Part shown: positions 39,301 through 47,639 of the stretch, piece after piece
Position numbering within the stretch: position 1 is the stretch's first letter
Layout of the letters: every line of letters begins with the position of its first letter
Virus record (IMG/VR): IMGVR_UViG_3300047157_000197
Span: 62,001-126,000 of that record
Direction: 5' to 3' (one strand)
Length of the DNA: 64,000 nucleotides
Translations under genes and position numbers: made by a program
The notes under the pieces: model-generated
Database searches by the model: none
What the model was told of the DNA's origin: nothing
The model's input: only the letters and a program-made list of their open reading frames with translations

Positions 39301-41513
39301 GTAATTTTAAACATTCAACAAATAACGTAAACTCAAATCTTGGATTGGGTAGTATAATCATAAATGGACACGAGGTAACTACATTTAGAGAAGATATTGG
39401 TAAAGGTAGAAGGCCTGATAAAGTAAAGTGGTGTGATATTTCAACTGATTCTAAAAGAAGAGATTTAACTTGTAACTCATTATACTATGATATTGATAAA
39501 AAAGAGATTATTGATTTTCATGGTGGAGTAGAAGATTTAAAAAAGGGTGTTGTTAAAACAGTTGGTAAAGCATCAGAACGATTTGATGAAGACCCATTAA
39601 GAAAATTAAGAGCAGTAAGGTTTGAAACTAGATTAGGTGGTAAACTTGATAAAGAAACATTAACTGCACTTAAAAAAGATAACAACATATCACAACTTTC
39701 AGGTGAAAGAATCATGAGAGAGTTTAGAAGTGCAATCAAACAATCAAAAAACACTAAAGTTTATTTAGAAAGATGTGATGAGATTGGATTTACTAAACAA
39801 ATCCTACCAGGTCTTAAAGTAAGTAAACCATATCCACACGATAATAACTATCTTACATTTATTGCATTTATTTTAAGAGATAATGACCCGAGTAAAGTAG
39901 GAAACGTATTAAATAAAATTAATTATAGTAATAATGATAAAGATGATATTACATTTTTAATATCATTAAAGGATTTCACACCAGAAAAGATTATCCAATT
40001 TAAAAAACAACATGAAAATGTAAAATCAATATCTGATAAAGATATTTTAGAATTTGGTAAACGAATTGGTAAAAAACTTGATAAGTTTGTAAAATTTAAG
40101 TTATCTGTAAAGGGAAGTGATATACCAAAAGATATACCTAATGGACCAGAACGAGGTAATTGGATTAAAAATCAAGAAAAGGAAAAGTTTATGAATGAAA
40201 TAGAACAATTAATAAGTGATATTGATAATAAAATAGTTGAAATGTTTTTACCAAACACTAAAACACCACAACAACTAATCAAAGAAAACATAAACGAAAC
40301 CAAATTACTACAAGAGGGTGGTGCGTATGGACACATGTCTCATCCATTTGATACTGATATCAATTTAACCTTTGGACAACTTAAAGATATCGTAAATCGT
40401 GCTTTAGAAGGTACACTTGAGTTCACACGAGAGAAAACAGATGGTCAAGCACTAGCTATTTCATGGAGAGATGGTAGGTTAGTAGCCGCAAGAAACAAAG
40501 GACACCTTAAAAACAAAGGTGAGAACGCTTTAGATATCAAAGGTGTATCAGATAAGTTCCAAGGTAGAGGTGGATTGAGTGATGCTTACAATTATGCAAT
40601 GAAAGACTTATCGAATGCTATCAAATCCCTTTCAGATAAACAAAGAGATAAGATTTTTAAACAAGGTGCGTGTTTTATGAACCTTGAAGTGATATATCCA
40701 ACATCAGTAAACGTTATTCCTTATGGTCAAGCATTACTTGTGTTCCATGGTACTATGGAATTCAACATGGATGGTGTTGCAATTGGAGAGAATGGTGATG
40801 CGGCTAGAATATTAGCTGGTATGATTAAACAAGTTAACAAAGATGTACAAGATAATTACACTATTCAAGGACCTCCTATTGTAAAATTACCAAAATCACA
40901 AGATTTATCTACTAAACGTAGTAAATACTCATCAATGATATCCAAATTGCAGAGTGAGTTTAGTTTAAAAGATACTGATGGTGTTGCAAACTATCACCAA
41001 TCATGGTGGGAACAATGGGTTGATAAGAATTCTCCATCATCACTTGATAATAAAACCAAAATGGGGTTAGTTAAGAGATGGGCATTCATGGATAAGAAGT
41101 TTAGATTAGATAAAAAGAACATTACTGATGAAAAAACATTAGAATGGGCTAAGAAAATAGATAAAGAAGACCAAAAGAAGATTAGTAAAAAGAACTTAAT
41201 GAAGTTTGAACAAATATTCTTAGGTTTAGGTGCAGAAGTGTTAGAGTTTACCTCATCTGCACTAACAGTTAATGCTGATGGAGCAGTTCGTGATATGAAA
41301 AAACGAATTGATAAGACAATTAAAGATGTTAAGAAATCAGGTGACCCAAAAAAGATAGAAAAACTTAAATTAGAACTTGGTAGATTAAAATCTATCGGTG
41401 GTTCTAAAAAAATTGTACCGAATGAAGGTATTGTGTTCTTATATAAAGGAAATACTTTTAAACTTACAGGTACATTCGCATCCGTAAATCAGATACTAGG
41501 TATTTTCTTTTAA
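36306..41513 (+). CDS. Multi-domain polyprotein: HIGH nucleotidyltransferase + Zn ribbon + basic module + HD domain + CCA-adding enzyme + ligase-like domain
   Basis: GRFQPMHKGH (~36387); CEKC/CHSC; HPEG.V..HT...FHDIGK...FGHE (38620-39100); VGGAVRD, DFD, RRDLT, EDPLR (39110-40190); EKTDG...EGIVF...FKLTG (40320-41510). Confidence 0.88.
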   Translation: MNKLSKFLVESIMEDANPIKKTVVVYVGRFQPMHKGHAGTYQHLVKKFGKDNVYVGTSDKVQLPKSPFNFKEKVKIMTTMFGIPKSKIHKVKNPYKPTEILKKFDEETTAFVTVVGEKDKNRLGGKYFQPYKGEPSVGYRDGGYVYAAPMTGGSVSGTEVRNGLSVGSDEQKKNFFKKRAYGKFNATIFSMITDKLDEGIEISKEMIEEWLLNEGSKMGSGQADDGPNFMFPNYDVFSKINVDRAKRIGYEVVNMITNKELEDYYDHPTYPNGPVKAVTPFPAGVLGTTTATNQVDIYSSDAYSKWFKHVTRKAALVGYELVKGLDTNKDEKEQSLDSQKGDKKSQEEYEASLNENIVLPIKVGDTIMTGRFKNKKTVVKSIGKDEHGMPTINGRKVVTFRMVKEGFISELAGTEVKCEKCNHQWEIESDDSEKYLCHSCGWDSQKGEYDFDAFDSWQEKMGISEDVDVEESKGRLRPAALLRRKAAMAGKRAQIARRRARTMKRRKPLSKLKKIAYKKAYLQVYDEFMKDLFPGKKKNELSIAQAKVVHKNVLRKKGRVRKRAKFRFLPALRDAEVQKFGKKDDTNELMIGYAGPEDMKRFDKRNKEYRKDSDSNKEYQYDTIKEVNEFFYMDFKKYVYKNRKQINQKLKGLSYRKKAEFLELLWKKQVGKGFGKDADGRDIHYKLKSDKVIKESLPTKVTDKFKSVKSSKPSSEAEKDFNKHHTYSSYAKRGSIAEPDTIDFDDDDKKGGHQEKEKDTKKRGYEPIEESLKDLGIKDFKSLFKKMPSDLQKRVYNLKNFGQRVDKHPEGNVLKHTIVVVNRSIKEDDIDIAIAAMFHDIGKDETAGIHPKKGHITHFGHEKVSASLVKKYKKFIESVGGNPANVFYIVKNHMRYKQLSVMTPKKVNKLKSFRAFDKLGKFSKHDRSGLDENKATRTKFSLSVPSDIKKLQKAFKKNKKQLYVVGGAVRDALMGNSPKDFDLTTDATPEEMIKIAKQGNFKHSTNNVNSNLGLGSIIINGHEVTTFREDIGKGRRPDKVKWCDISTDSKRRDLTCNSLYYDIDKKEIIDFHGGVEDLKKGVVKTVGKASERFDEDPLRKLRAVRFETRLGGKLDKETLTALKKDNNISQLSGERIMREFRSAIKQSKNTKVYLERCDEIGFTKQILPGLKVSKPYPHDNNYLTFIAFILRDNDPSKVGNVLNKINYSNNDKDDITFLISLKDFTPEKIIQFKKQHENVKSISDKDILEFGKRIGKKLDKFVKFKLSVKGSDIPKDIPNGPERGNWIKNQEKEKFMNEIEQLISDIDNKIVEMFLPNTKTPQQLIKENINETKLLQEGGAYGHMSHPFDTDINLTFGQLKDIVNRALEGTLEFTREKTDGQALAISWRDGRLVAARNKGHLKNKGENALDIKGVSDKFQGRGGLSDAYNYAMKDLSNAIKSLSDKQRDKIFKQGACFMNLEVIYPTSVNVIPYGQALLVFHGTMEFNMDGVAIGENGDAARILAGMIKQVNKDVQDNYTIQGPPIVKLPKSQDLSTKRSKYSSMISKLQSEFSLKDTDGVANYHQSWWEQWVDKNSPSSLDNKTKMGLVKRWAFMDKKFRLDKKNITDEKTLEWAKKIDKEDQKKISKKNLMKFEQIFLGLGAEVLEFTSSALTVNADGAVRDMKKRIDKTIKDVKKSGDPKKIEKLKLELGRLKSIGGSKKIVPNEGIVFLYKGNTFKLTGTFASVNQILGIFF

Positions 41514-41536
41514 AATTTCGGTTTCTCTATTTTTAT

Positions 41537-41545
41537 ATATTTATA
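41537..41545 (+). promoter_or_regulatory. ATATTTATA putative promoter
   Basis: Intergenic copy. Confidence 0.6.
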
Positions 41546-41574
41546 TATGTAACAATATAACCTAATATGTAAAA

Positions 41575-42234
41575 ATGGGTAAAGAATTCAAGAAGAAGTA
41601 TATGCACCCAACTCGTAGAAAGTTGGTAGATATGGTACAAACTGGTGAGTATGATAAAAATACTACCATTGGGTATGATAAAATAAAAGAAACTCGTAAT
41701 GTTGGTGATGTTTGGGAAGATGAGCATAATAGATACGAGAAAAAAGAAGGATACATCCTAAAGACAGGAAAAAACTCTGAAGCTTTTCAAGAAATTAGAA
41801 ATTACCTTCAAGAAAAAACAAGTTGTAAAAATTCTGAATGTAAAACCATTAAGAAAACCGATAAAGATTTAAAATTTATCCAACGAGGTGGATTTTGTAT
41901 GGAATGTACTATTGATAAAGAACATCAAATACGAACTGCTGGTTTATGGGAAGAATATCAAAATTATAAAGTTTGGACAAAGATGATTGTGTATGGAAAA
42001 GCTAAATTAGATTCATATAAACAATCAATAGATGAACTTAAAGAAGAATATGAAATGATAGGTTCAGATGGTAAGGTTACCGAAACATGGAAGTTACCAA
42101 AACCAATTAGTGAAGTTAAAGCCGAGATACAAGAACTTATTGATTACGGCGAAAACGAAATTAAAGAATTAGAAGTCAAAAGAGAAGAAGCTTTTGATAA
42201 ATTAAGGGAAAAAAATTATGAGCATTATATTTAG
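41575..42234 (+). CDS. Hypothetical protein with Cys pairs, upstream of terminase
   Basis: CKNSEC and CMEC motifs, helical C-terminus. Confidence 0.6.
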   Translation: MGKEFKKKYMHPTRRKLVDMVQTGEYDKNTTIGYDKIKETRNVGDVWEDEHNRYEKKEGYILKTGKNSEAFQEIRNYLQEKTSCKNSECKTIKKTDKDLKFIQRGGFCMECTIDKEHQIRTAGLWEEYQNYKVWTKMIVYGKAKLDSYKQSIDELKEEYEMIGSDGKVTETWKLPKPISEVKAEIQELIDYGENEIKELEVKREEAFDKLREKNYEHYI

Positions 42235-42907
42235 TTTATTGATTAAACGATGGAGGGAAGTAGTAATCCTTCTTTTATTAGGAATTATTTTATTTTTAAG
42301 AGGGTGTGGAGAAGATTATGGAGATAAGACTCTTGTAGAAGTAGATGGAGAACAATATGAGTTATTAGAATCAAAAACTGATACGATATATGTAGAAAAA
42401 GAAGTTAAAGTAACAAAGTATGTACCGAAGTATATTACAAAAGAAGTAATTAAGGAAGTAGAGATACCAGTTGATGTAGATTCACTTGCAATTATTAAAG
42501 ATTACTTTTCAAAGGTAACAGTCAAAGATACATTAAGTTTAGCATATGATTTTCCTGATGTAGTTACTGATTCAGTAGGTAACAAACCAAGTGGAGATTT
42601 AGGATTTGGTATTCTTACTGATGTTATTTCACAAAACAGAATTGAATCAAGAGAAATCGATTGGTATTTCAAGATTCCAACAGTTTATAATACTACAATA
42701 GTAAAAGAATTACCAAAGAATGAATTTTATATTGGATTTGGAACAGGAATAGACCAAACCAATGGATTAAATAATCTTAGTGGTAATGTTTTATTTAAAA
42801 CAAAGAAATTAAACATCTATGGTTTAAATCTTGGTATATCAAATCAACTTGGTGAGTATAAACCATTTGTTGGTGGTTCTATGTATTGGAAACTAGGAAA
42901 AAAATAG
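42218..42907 (+). CDS. Membrane-anchored/lipoprotein-like protein, possible spanin-type lysis protein
   Basis: Basic N-terminus, hydrophobic helix, LRGC lipobox-like site, C-terminal amphipathic beta strands ending YWKL. Confidence 0.4.
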   Translation: MSIIFSLLIKRWREVVILLLLGIILFLRGCGEDYGDKTLVEVDGEQYELLESKTDTIYVEKEVKVTKYVPKYITKEVIKEVEIPVDVDSLAIIKDYFSKVTVKDTLSLAYDFPDVVTDSVGNKPSGDLGFGILTDVISQNRIESREIDWYFKIPTVYNTTIVKELPKNEFYIGFGTGIDQTNGLNNLSGNVLFKTKKLNIYGLNLGISNQLGEYKPFVGGSMYWKLGKK

Positions 42908-42908
42908 A

Positions 42909-44501
42909 ATGGCTAAACAAAGTTTAAAAGAAATAATAAAACTTGAGTATCAGAAATGTGCTCAAGACCCTATATACTTCATGAAGAAGTACTGTATGAT
43001 ACAACATCCAGTTAGGGGGAAAATTCCTTTTCACTTATATCAGTTTCAAGAAAGAACTTTAGACCAATTCGCAGAACACAGATACAACATCATTCTTAAA
43101 TCTCGACAAACGGGTATCTCAACCTTAACTGCGGGATTTTCACTTTGGAAGATGTTATTCAATCAAGATTTTAATGTATTGGTAATTGCAACTAAACAAG
43201 AAGTTGCCAAGAACCTTGTAACGAAGGTTCGTGTAATGAATCAATATTTACCATCATGGTTAAAACAAAATACAGTAGAGGATAACAAACTATCCTTAAG
43301 ATACTCGAATGGTTCTCAGATAAAAGCAACTTCAGCCGCTGGTGATGCTGGTCGTTCTGAAGCATTATCTTTATTAGTATTTGATGAGGCAGCATTTATT
43401 GATAAGATTGAAGATATTTGGGTATCGGCACAATCAACACTATCGACTGGGGGTAATGCAATTATCCTATCTACTCCAAATGGTGTAGGAAACTTTTTTC
43501 ACAAAACTTGGGTAGGTGCAGAAGAAGAAACAAATACTTTTAACACTATTAGATTACATTGGAGTGTACATCCAGAAAGAGACCAAGATTGGAGAGATGA
43601 ACAAGAAGTTTTATTAGGACCAAAAGGAGCAGCACAAGAATGTGATTGTGATTTTGTATCTTCGGGTGATACTGTGATAGACCCACAACTCCTTATGTTC
43701 TATAAAGAATCATTTATCCAAGAACCAGTTGAAAAGACTGGATTCGATGGAAATCTTTGGAAGTGGGAATATCCAAACTATCAGAAATCTTATATGGTAG
43801 TTGCCGATGTTGCTCGTGGTGATGCTGCCGATTTCTCGGCATGTCATGTTATTGATATAGAAGAATCATCTCAAGTTGCAGAATATAAAGGTAAATTAGA
43901 TACAAAAGATTTTGGAAATTTTCTTGTATCTCTTGCAACCGATTATAACAATGCATTACTAGTAGTTGAGAACGCAAATATTGGTTGGGCAGTAATTCAA
44001 CAAGTAATTGATAGAGGATATGGAAACCTTTTCTATATGAGTAAAGATTTAAAGTATGTAGATGTAGAGAATCAATTAACAAACAAATACAGAGCACAAG
44101 ATAGAGGGTTAACTGCAGGTTTTAGTACAACATCTAAAACAAGACCTCTAATCATATCTAAATTAGAACAATACATTAGAGAAAAATCCGTTACAATTCG
44201 TTCACAAAGAACAATAGATGAATTATTTACATTTATATGGAATGGTAATAGAGCAGAAGCAATGAGGGGTTATAATGATGATTTAACGATGTCCCTTGCA
44301 ATATCGTTGTGGGTTAGAGATACTGCTTTGAGATTAAGACAAGAAGGAATTGATTTAACAAAACAGGCATTAGGTGGAATTGGAGCACATCAATTGGATG
44401 TTGCTGGAATGGGATTTGGTGGTAATGCTTCTATGGATGAAAACCCATGGAAAATGCGGGTTGGGGATAGTAATGAAGATTTAACTTGGTTAATTAAATA
44501 A
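42909..44501 (+). CDS. Terminase large subunit (T4 gp17-like)
   Basis: YQFQ Q-motif, KSRQTGIST Walker A, LLVFDEAAFI Walker B, VADVARG and YNDDL nuclease motifs. Confidence 0.95.
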   Translation: MAKQSLKEIIKLEYQKCAQDPIYFMKKYCMIQHPVRGKIPFHLYQFQERTLDQFAEHRYNIILKSRQTGISTLTAGFSLWKMLFNQDFNVLVIATKQEVAKNLVTKVRVMNQYLPSWLKQNTVEDNKLSLRYSNGSQIKATSAAGDAGRSEALSLLVFDEAAFIDKIEDIWVSAQSTLSTGGNAIILSTPNGVGNFFHKTWVGAEEETNTFNTIRLHWSVHPERDQDWRDEQEVLLGPKGAAQECDCDFVSSGDTVIDPQLLMFYKESFIQEPVEKTGFDGNLWKWEYPNYQKSYMVVADVARGDAADFSACHVIDIEESSQVAEYKGKLDTKDFGNFLVSLATDYNNALLVVENANIGWAVIQQVIDRGYGNLFYMSKDLKYVDVENQLTNKYRAQDRGLTAGFSTTSKTRPLIISKLEQYIREKSVTIRSQRTIDELFTFIWNGNRAEAMRGYNDDLTMSLAISLWVRDTALRLRQEGIDLTKQALGGIGAHQLDVAGMGFGGNASMDENPWKMRVGDSNEDLTWLIK

Positions 44502-44505
44502 CTAT

Positions 44506-44514
44506 ATATTTATA
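44506..44514 (+). promoter_or_regulatory. ATATTTATA putative promoter
   Basis: Followed by TAAGGAG SD and ATG 44533. Confidence 0.65.
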
Positions 44515-44532
44515 ATATAAGGAGAAATAACT

Positions 44533-44922
44533 ATGATATCATTAAAAAATTTACTTAACGAAGAAATACACACAGAAGAATATACTGTGGAAAATTATCA
44601 CGATATAAAAGAATTCTGTGAATTCATGAAAGAATACAAATCTGATATGAATGAAGCTGAGTATCAAGGTAGAACAGTTAAACTTGGAAAACCAATGCAA
44701 GGTGATACTAAGAAATTCAAAGTATATGTCAAAAACCCCAAAGGTAATGTAGTAAAAGTAAACTTTGGACATGGAGGAAGTTCAGCAAAGAAATCAGGAG
44801 AAAAAACAATGTCTATTCGAAAGAATAATCCAGATGCAAGAAAAGCATTTAGAGCTAGACACAATTGTGATTCACCAGGTCCAAGACACAAAGCAAGATA
44901 CTGGTCTTGTAGAAAATGGTAA
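44533..44922 (+). CDS. Small basic head-associated protein with acidic leader
   Basis: MISLKNLLNE leader, DMNE/AEYQGRTVKLGKP...FRARHNCD...YWSCRKW. Confidence 0.6.
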   Translation: MISLKNLLNEEIHTEEYTVENYHDIKEFCEFMKEYKSDMNEAEYQGRTVKLGKPMQGDTKKFKVYVKNPKGNVVKVNFGHGGSSAKKSGEKTMSIRKNNPDARKAFRARHNCDSPGPRHKARYWSCRKW

Positions 44923-44963
44923 AACAAAAACAAATAAAGGTTATAATTTAAATTAGGAACAAA

Positions 44964-46700
44964 ATGGCAGATACTTCATTTTTTGGTAGATTAACGAAAC
45001 TCTTTCGTACTCAAGCAGTTGTTACTGTTGATAAAGAGGGTAAGAGAAAAGTAATTGATACCGATGAAAGACAACAAACTAACTTATCTTCTTTAAGAGA
45101 TAGGTACACGAAACTACAAAAAGGTTTCTATGAACAAGCAGGTGGTGCTCAATCAATGGCATACCAACAAGTTCGTAGAGAAGTTTTTAGAGATTTTGAT
45201 GCAATGGATAATGACCCAATATTAGCATCAGCTCTTGATATATACGCAGATGAATCAACACTAAAAAATGAATTTGGTGATACTCTTGGAATTGTATCTG
45301 ATAATCAACAAGTACAAGAAATATTAAGAAACTTATTTTATGATGTTCTTAATATTGAATTCAACTTATGGCCATGGGTAAGAAATATGTGTAAGTATGG
45401 AGATTTCTTCTTAGGTTTAGAAATCGCTGAAGGTAAAGGTATTGTTAACGTTACACCTCATTCAGTTTACAACACAGAAAGATTAGAAAGAACAGACCCA
45501 TCGAATCCAAACTCAGTAAAGTTTAAAATTACTGAAGACCCAAATGGAAAAGAACAATACGAAAACTTTGAAGTTGCTCACTTTAGATTATTAGCAGATA
45601 CAAACTGGTTACCATATGGTAAATCTATGATTGAGAATGGACGAAGATTGTGGAAACAATTATCTTTAATGGAAGATGCAATGTTAATCCATAGAATTAT
45701 GAGAGCACCTGAAAAGAGAGTTTTCAAAGTAGATATAGGAAACATACCTCCAACAGAAGTAGATAACTATATGCAAAGAATTATGAACAAGATGAAGAAA
45801 GTTCCTTTTGTTGATAGAAATACTGGTGATTACAACTTAAAGTACAATATGCAAAACCTAACAGAAGATTTTTATCTACCTGTTCGTGGTGGTGATAGTG
45901 GAACCAATATTGAAAATCTTGCTGGTTTAGAATATGCAAGTATTGAGGATATTGATTATCTAAAAAACAAATTATTTGCAGCTCTAAAGATTCCAAAAGC
46001 TTATTTAGGATATGAAGAAAATGTAGGTGGTAAAGCAACTCTTGCTGCAGAAGATGTTAGATTCGCAAGAACAATAGAAAGAATACAAAGAACCGTAGTA
46101 TCTGAATTAACTAAAATTGCAATAGTACATTTATATGCACAAGGAGTTACTGATTCAGAAATGACAAACTTTGAATTACAATTAGTAAATCCATCTTTTA
46201 TTTACGAACAAGAAAAATTAAATCTTTGGAGTGAAAAAATTAGATTAGCTCAAGATATACAAGGTCTTAATATGTTATCTAAAGATTGGGTATATGATAA
46301 TGTATTTAAATTATCAGATGGAGAATCCGATGAACAAAGAGTTCAGATGTTAGATGATTTAAAAGATAGATATAGATTCCGTTCTATTGAAGATGAGGGT
46401 AATGACCCTGCACAAGAAGATGAAGAGCCAGATGATATTGAGGAATCAATTGAAAAACTAAAACAAGAAATAAAAGATAAAGGTGGTAGACCGAAAGAAG
46501 GTGGAACATATGGAAAAGATAAACACCCATATGGAAGAGACCCTTTAGGAGATAAAGAAAGAAAAGATGCTAAAAGAAACACAACTTCTGAAGAAAAAGC
46601 TATACAATATATTAATGGTATTGCATCAAAAAGAAAATATTTACATGAATTAAAAGGTATGTTAGATGAGGAGAATATCCTCAAAGATACTGAAAATTAA
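44964..46700 (+). CDS. Portal protein (T4 gp20-like)
   Basis: LMEDAMLIHRIMRAPEKRVFKVDIGNIP, EDFYLPVRGG, ALKIPKAYL. Confidence 0.95.
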   Translation: MADTSFFGRLTKLFRTQAVVTVDKEGKRKVIDTDERQQTNLSSLRDRYTKLQKGFYEQAGGAQSMAYQQVRREVFRDFDAMDNDPILASALDIYADESTLKNEFGDTLGIVSDNQQVQEILRNLFYDVLNIEFNLWPWVRNMCKYGDFFLGLEIAEGKGIVNVTPHSVYNTERLERTDPSNPNSVKFKITEDPNGKEQYENFEVAHFRLLADTNWLPYGKSMIENGRRLWKQLSLMEDAMLIHRIMRAPEKRVFKVDIGNIPPTEVDNYMQRIMNKMKKVPFVDRNTGDYNLKYNMQNLTEDFYLPVRGGDSGTNIENLAGLEYASIEDIDYLKNKLFAALKIPKAYLGYEENVGGKATLAAEDVRFARTIERIQRTVVSELTKIAIVHLYAQGVTDSEMTNFELQLVNPSFIYEQEKLNLWSEKIRLAQDIQGLNMLSKDWVYDNVFKLSDGESDEQRVQMLDDLKDRYRFRSIEDEGNDPAQEDEEPDDIEESIEKLKQEIKDKGGRPKEGGTYGKDKHPYGRDPLGDKERKDAKRNTTSEEKAIQYINGIASKRKYLHELKGMLDEENILKDTEN

Positions 46701-46718
46701 TTAATCTTATATAATTTT

Positions 46719-46727
46719 ATATTTATA
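46719..46727 (+). promoter_or_regulatory. ATATTTATA putative promoter
   Basis: Intergenic copy. Confidence 0.6.
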
Positions 46728-46766
46728 TAAGGGAAATTTACTATATCATAATAGGAAAAAATAACG

Positions 46767-47639
46767 ATGAAAAAAATAAAACACTCAAAATTTAAGAATA
46801 CTGGTTTTCTTTTTGAGCTTTTAACTCGACAAATTACCATGGAAATACTAAATGGTAGTGAGGAAAAGGCTAAAGGAATAATTAAAGAATTCTATGGCAG
46901 AGGAACAGAATTATCTAAAGAACTTAGATTATTTAACCTTTTAATAAATGAAAGATATAATACAGAATCAAAGGCTGAAAAGTTTATTGATGCTATTTTA
47001 GAAGCACATACTAAAATAAATTATAAAACAATTCAACGAGAAAAATATAATCTTATTAAATCTATTAAAGAAAATTTTGAAATAAATAATTTTTTATCAT
47101 CTCCCGTAACAAATTATAAAATTTTAGCATCAATTCATAAATTATTTGAAGGTAAAAAGAATAATATTCTTGATGTTAAAGATGTATTTAATTCTAAAAT
47201 AACTATTGTAGAGCACATTTCATCGAATTCCCAAATTACAAAAAATGCTAAACAAGATAAATTAGTTGAAGAATACAAAAAACAAGAAAAAGACCTTAGA
47301 TTGTTGACATATAAGATTCTTGTTGAAACTTTTAACAAAAAATATACTACTTTAGATAAATCACAAAAAGGATTATTAAGAGAGTATATTAATAATGTTA
47401 CTAACACATCAAAGTTTAATGAATATTTTGAATCTCAGTTAATTGAAACAATCACATCTTTACATTCAATGTATAAAGGTATGAAAGATAAGATTACAAA
47501 AATAAAGTTGAGAGAAACAATAAATGTTTTGAAAAAACAGAAAATCGGTAAGAAAATTACAGATGAACAAGTTTCAGCTTTAATGATGTCTTATGAGTTG
47601 ATTAAGGAGATAAAAAATGTCAATGGAACAAAATCTTAA
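46767..47639 (+). CDS. Head-region helical protein (prohead core-like)
   Basis: KHSKFKNTGFLFELL N-terminus; position after portal. Confidence 0.5.
   Translation: MKKIKHSKFKNTGFLFELLTRQITMEILNGSEEKAKGIIKEFYGRGTELSKELRLFNLLINERYNTESKAEKFIDAILEAHTKINYKTIQREKYNLIKSIKENFEINNFLSSPVTNYKILASIHKLFEGKKNNILDVKDVFNSKITIVEHISSNSQITKNAKQDKLVEEYKKQEKDLRLLTYKILVETFNKKYTTLDKSQKGLLREYINNVTNTSKFNEYFESQLIETITSLHSMYKGMKDKITKIKLRETINVLKKQKIGKKITDEQVSALMMSYELIKEIKNVNGTKS

Noticed and set aside
39110-40190. Poly(A) polymerase
   Set aside because: No [LIV][LIV]G[RK][RK]F signature seen; EDxxR and the RED...GRRP loop fit a tRNA nucleotidyltransferase (CC- or A-only specificity not excluded)
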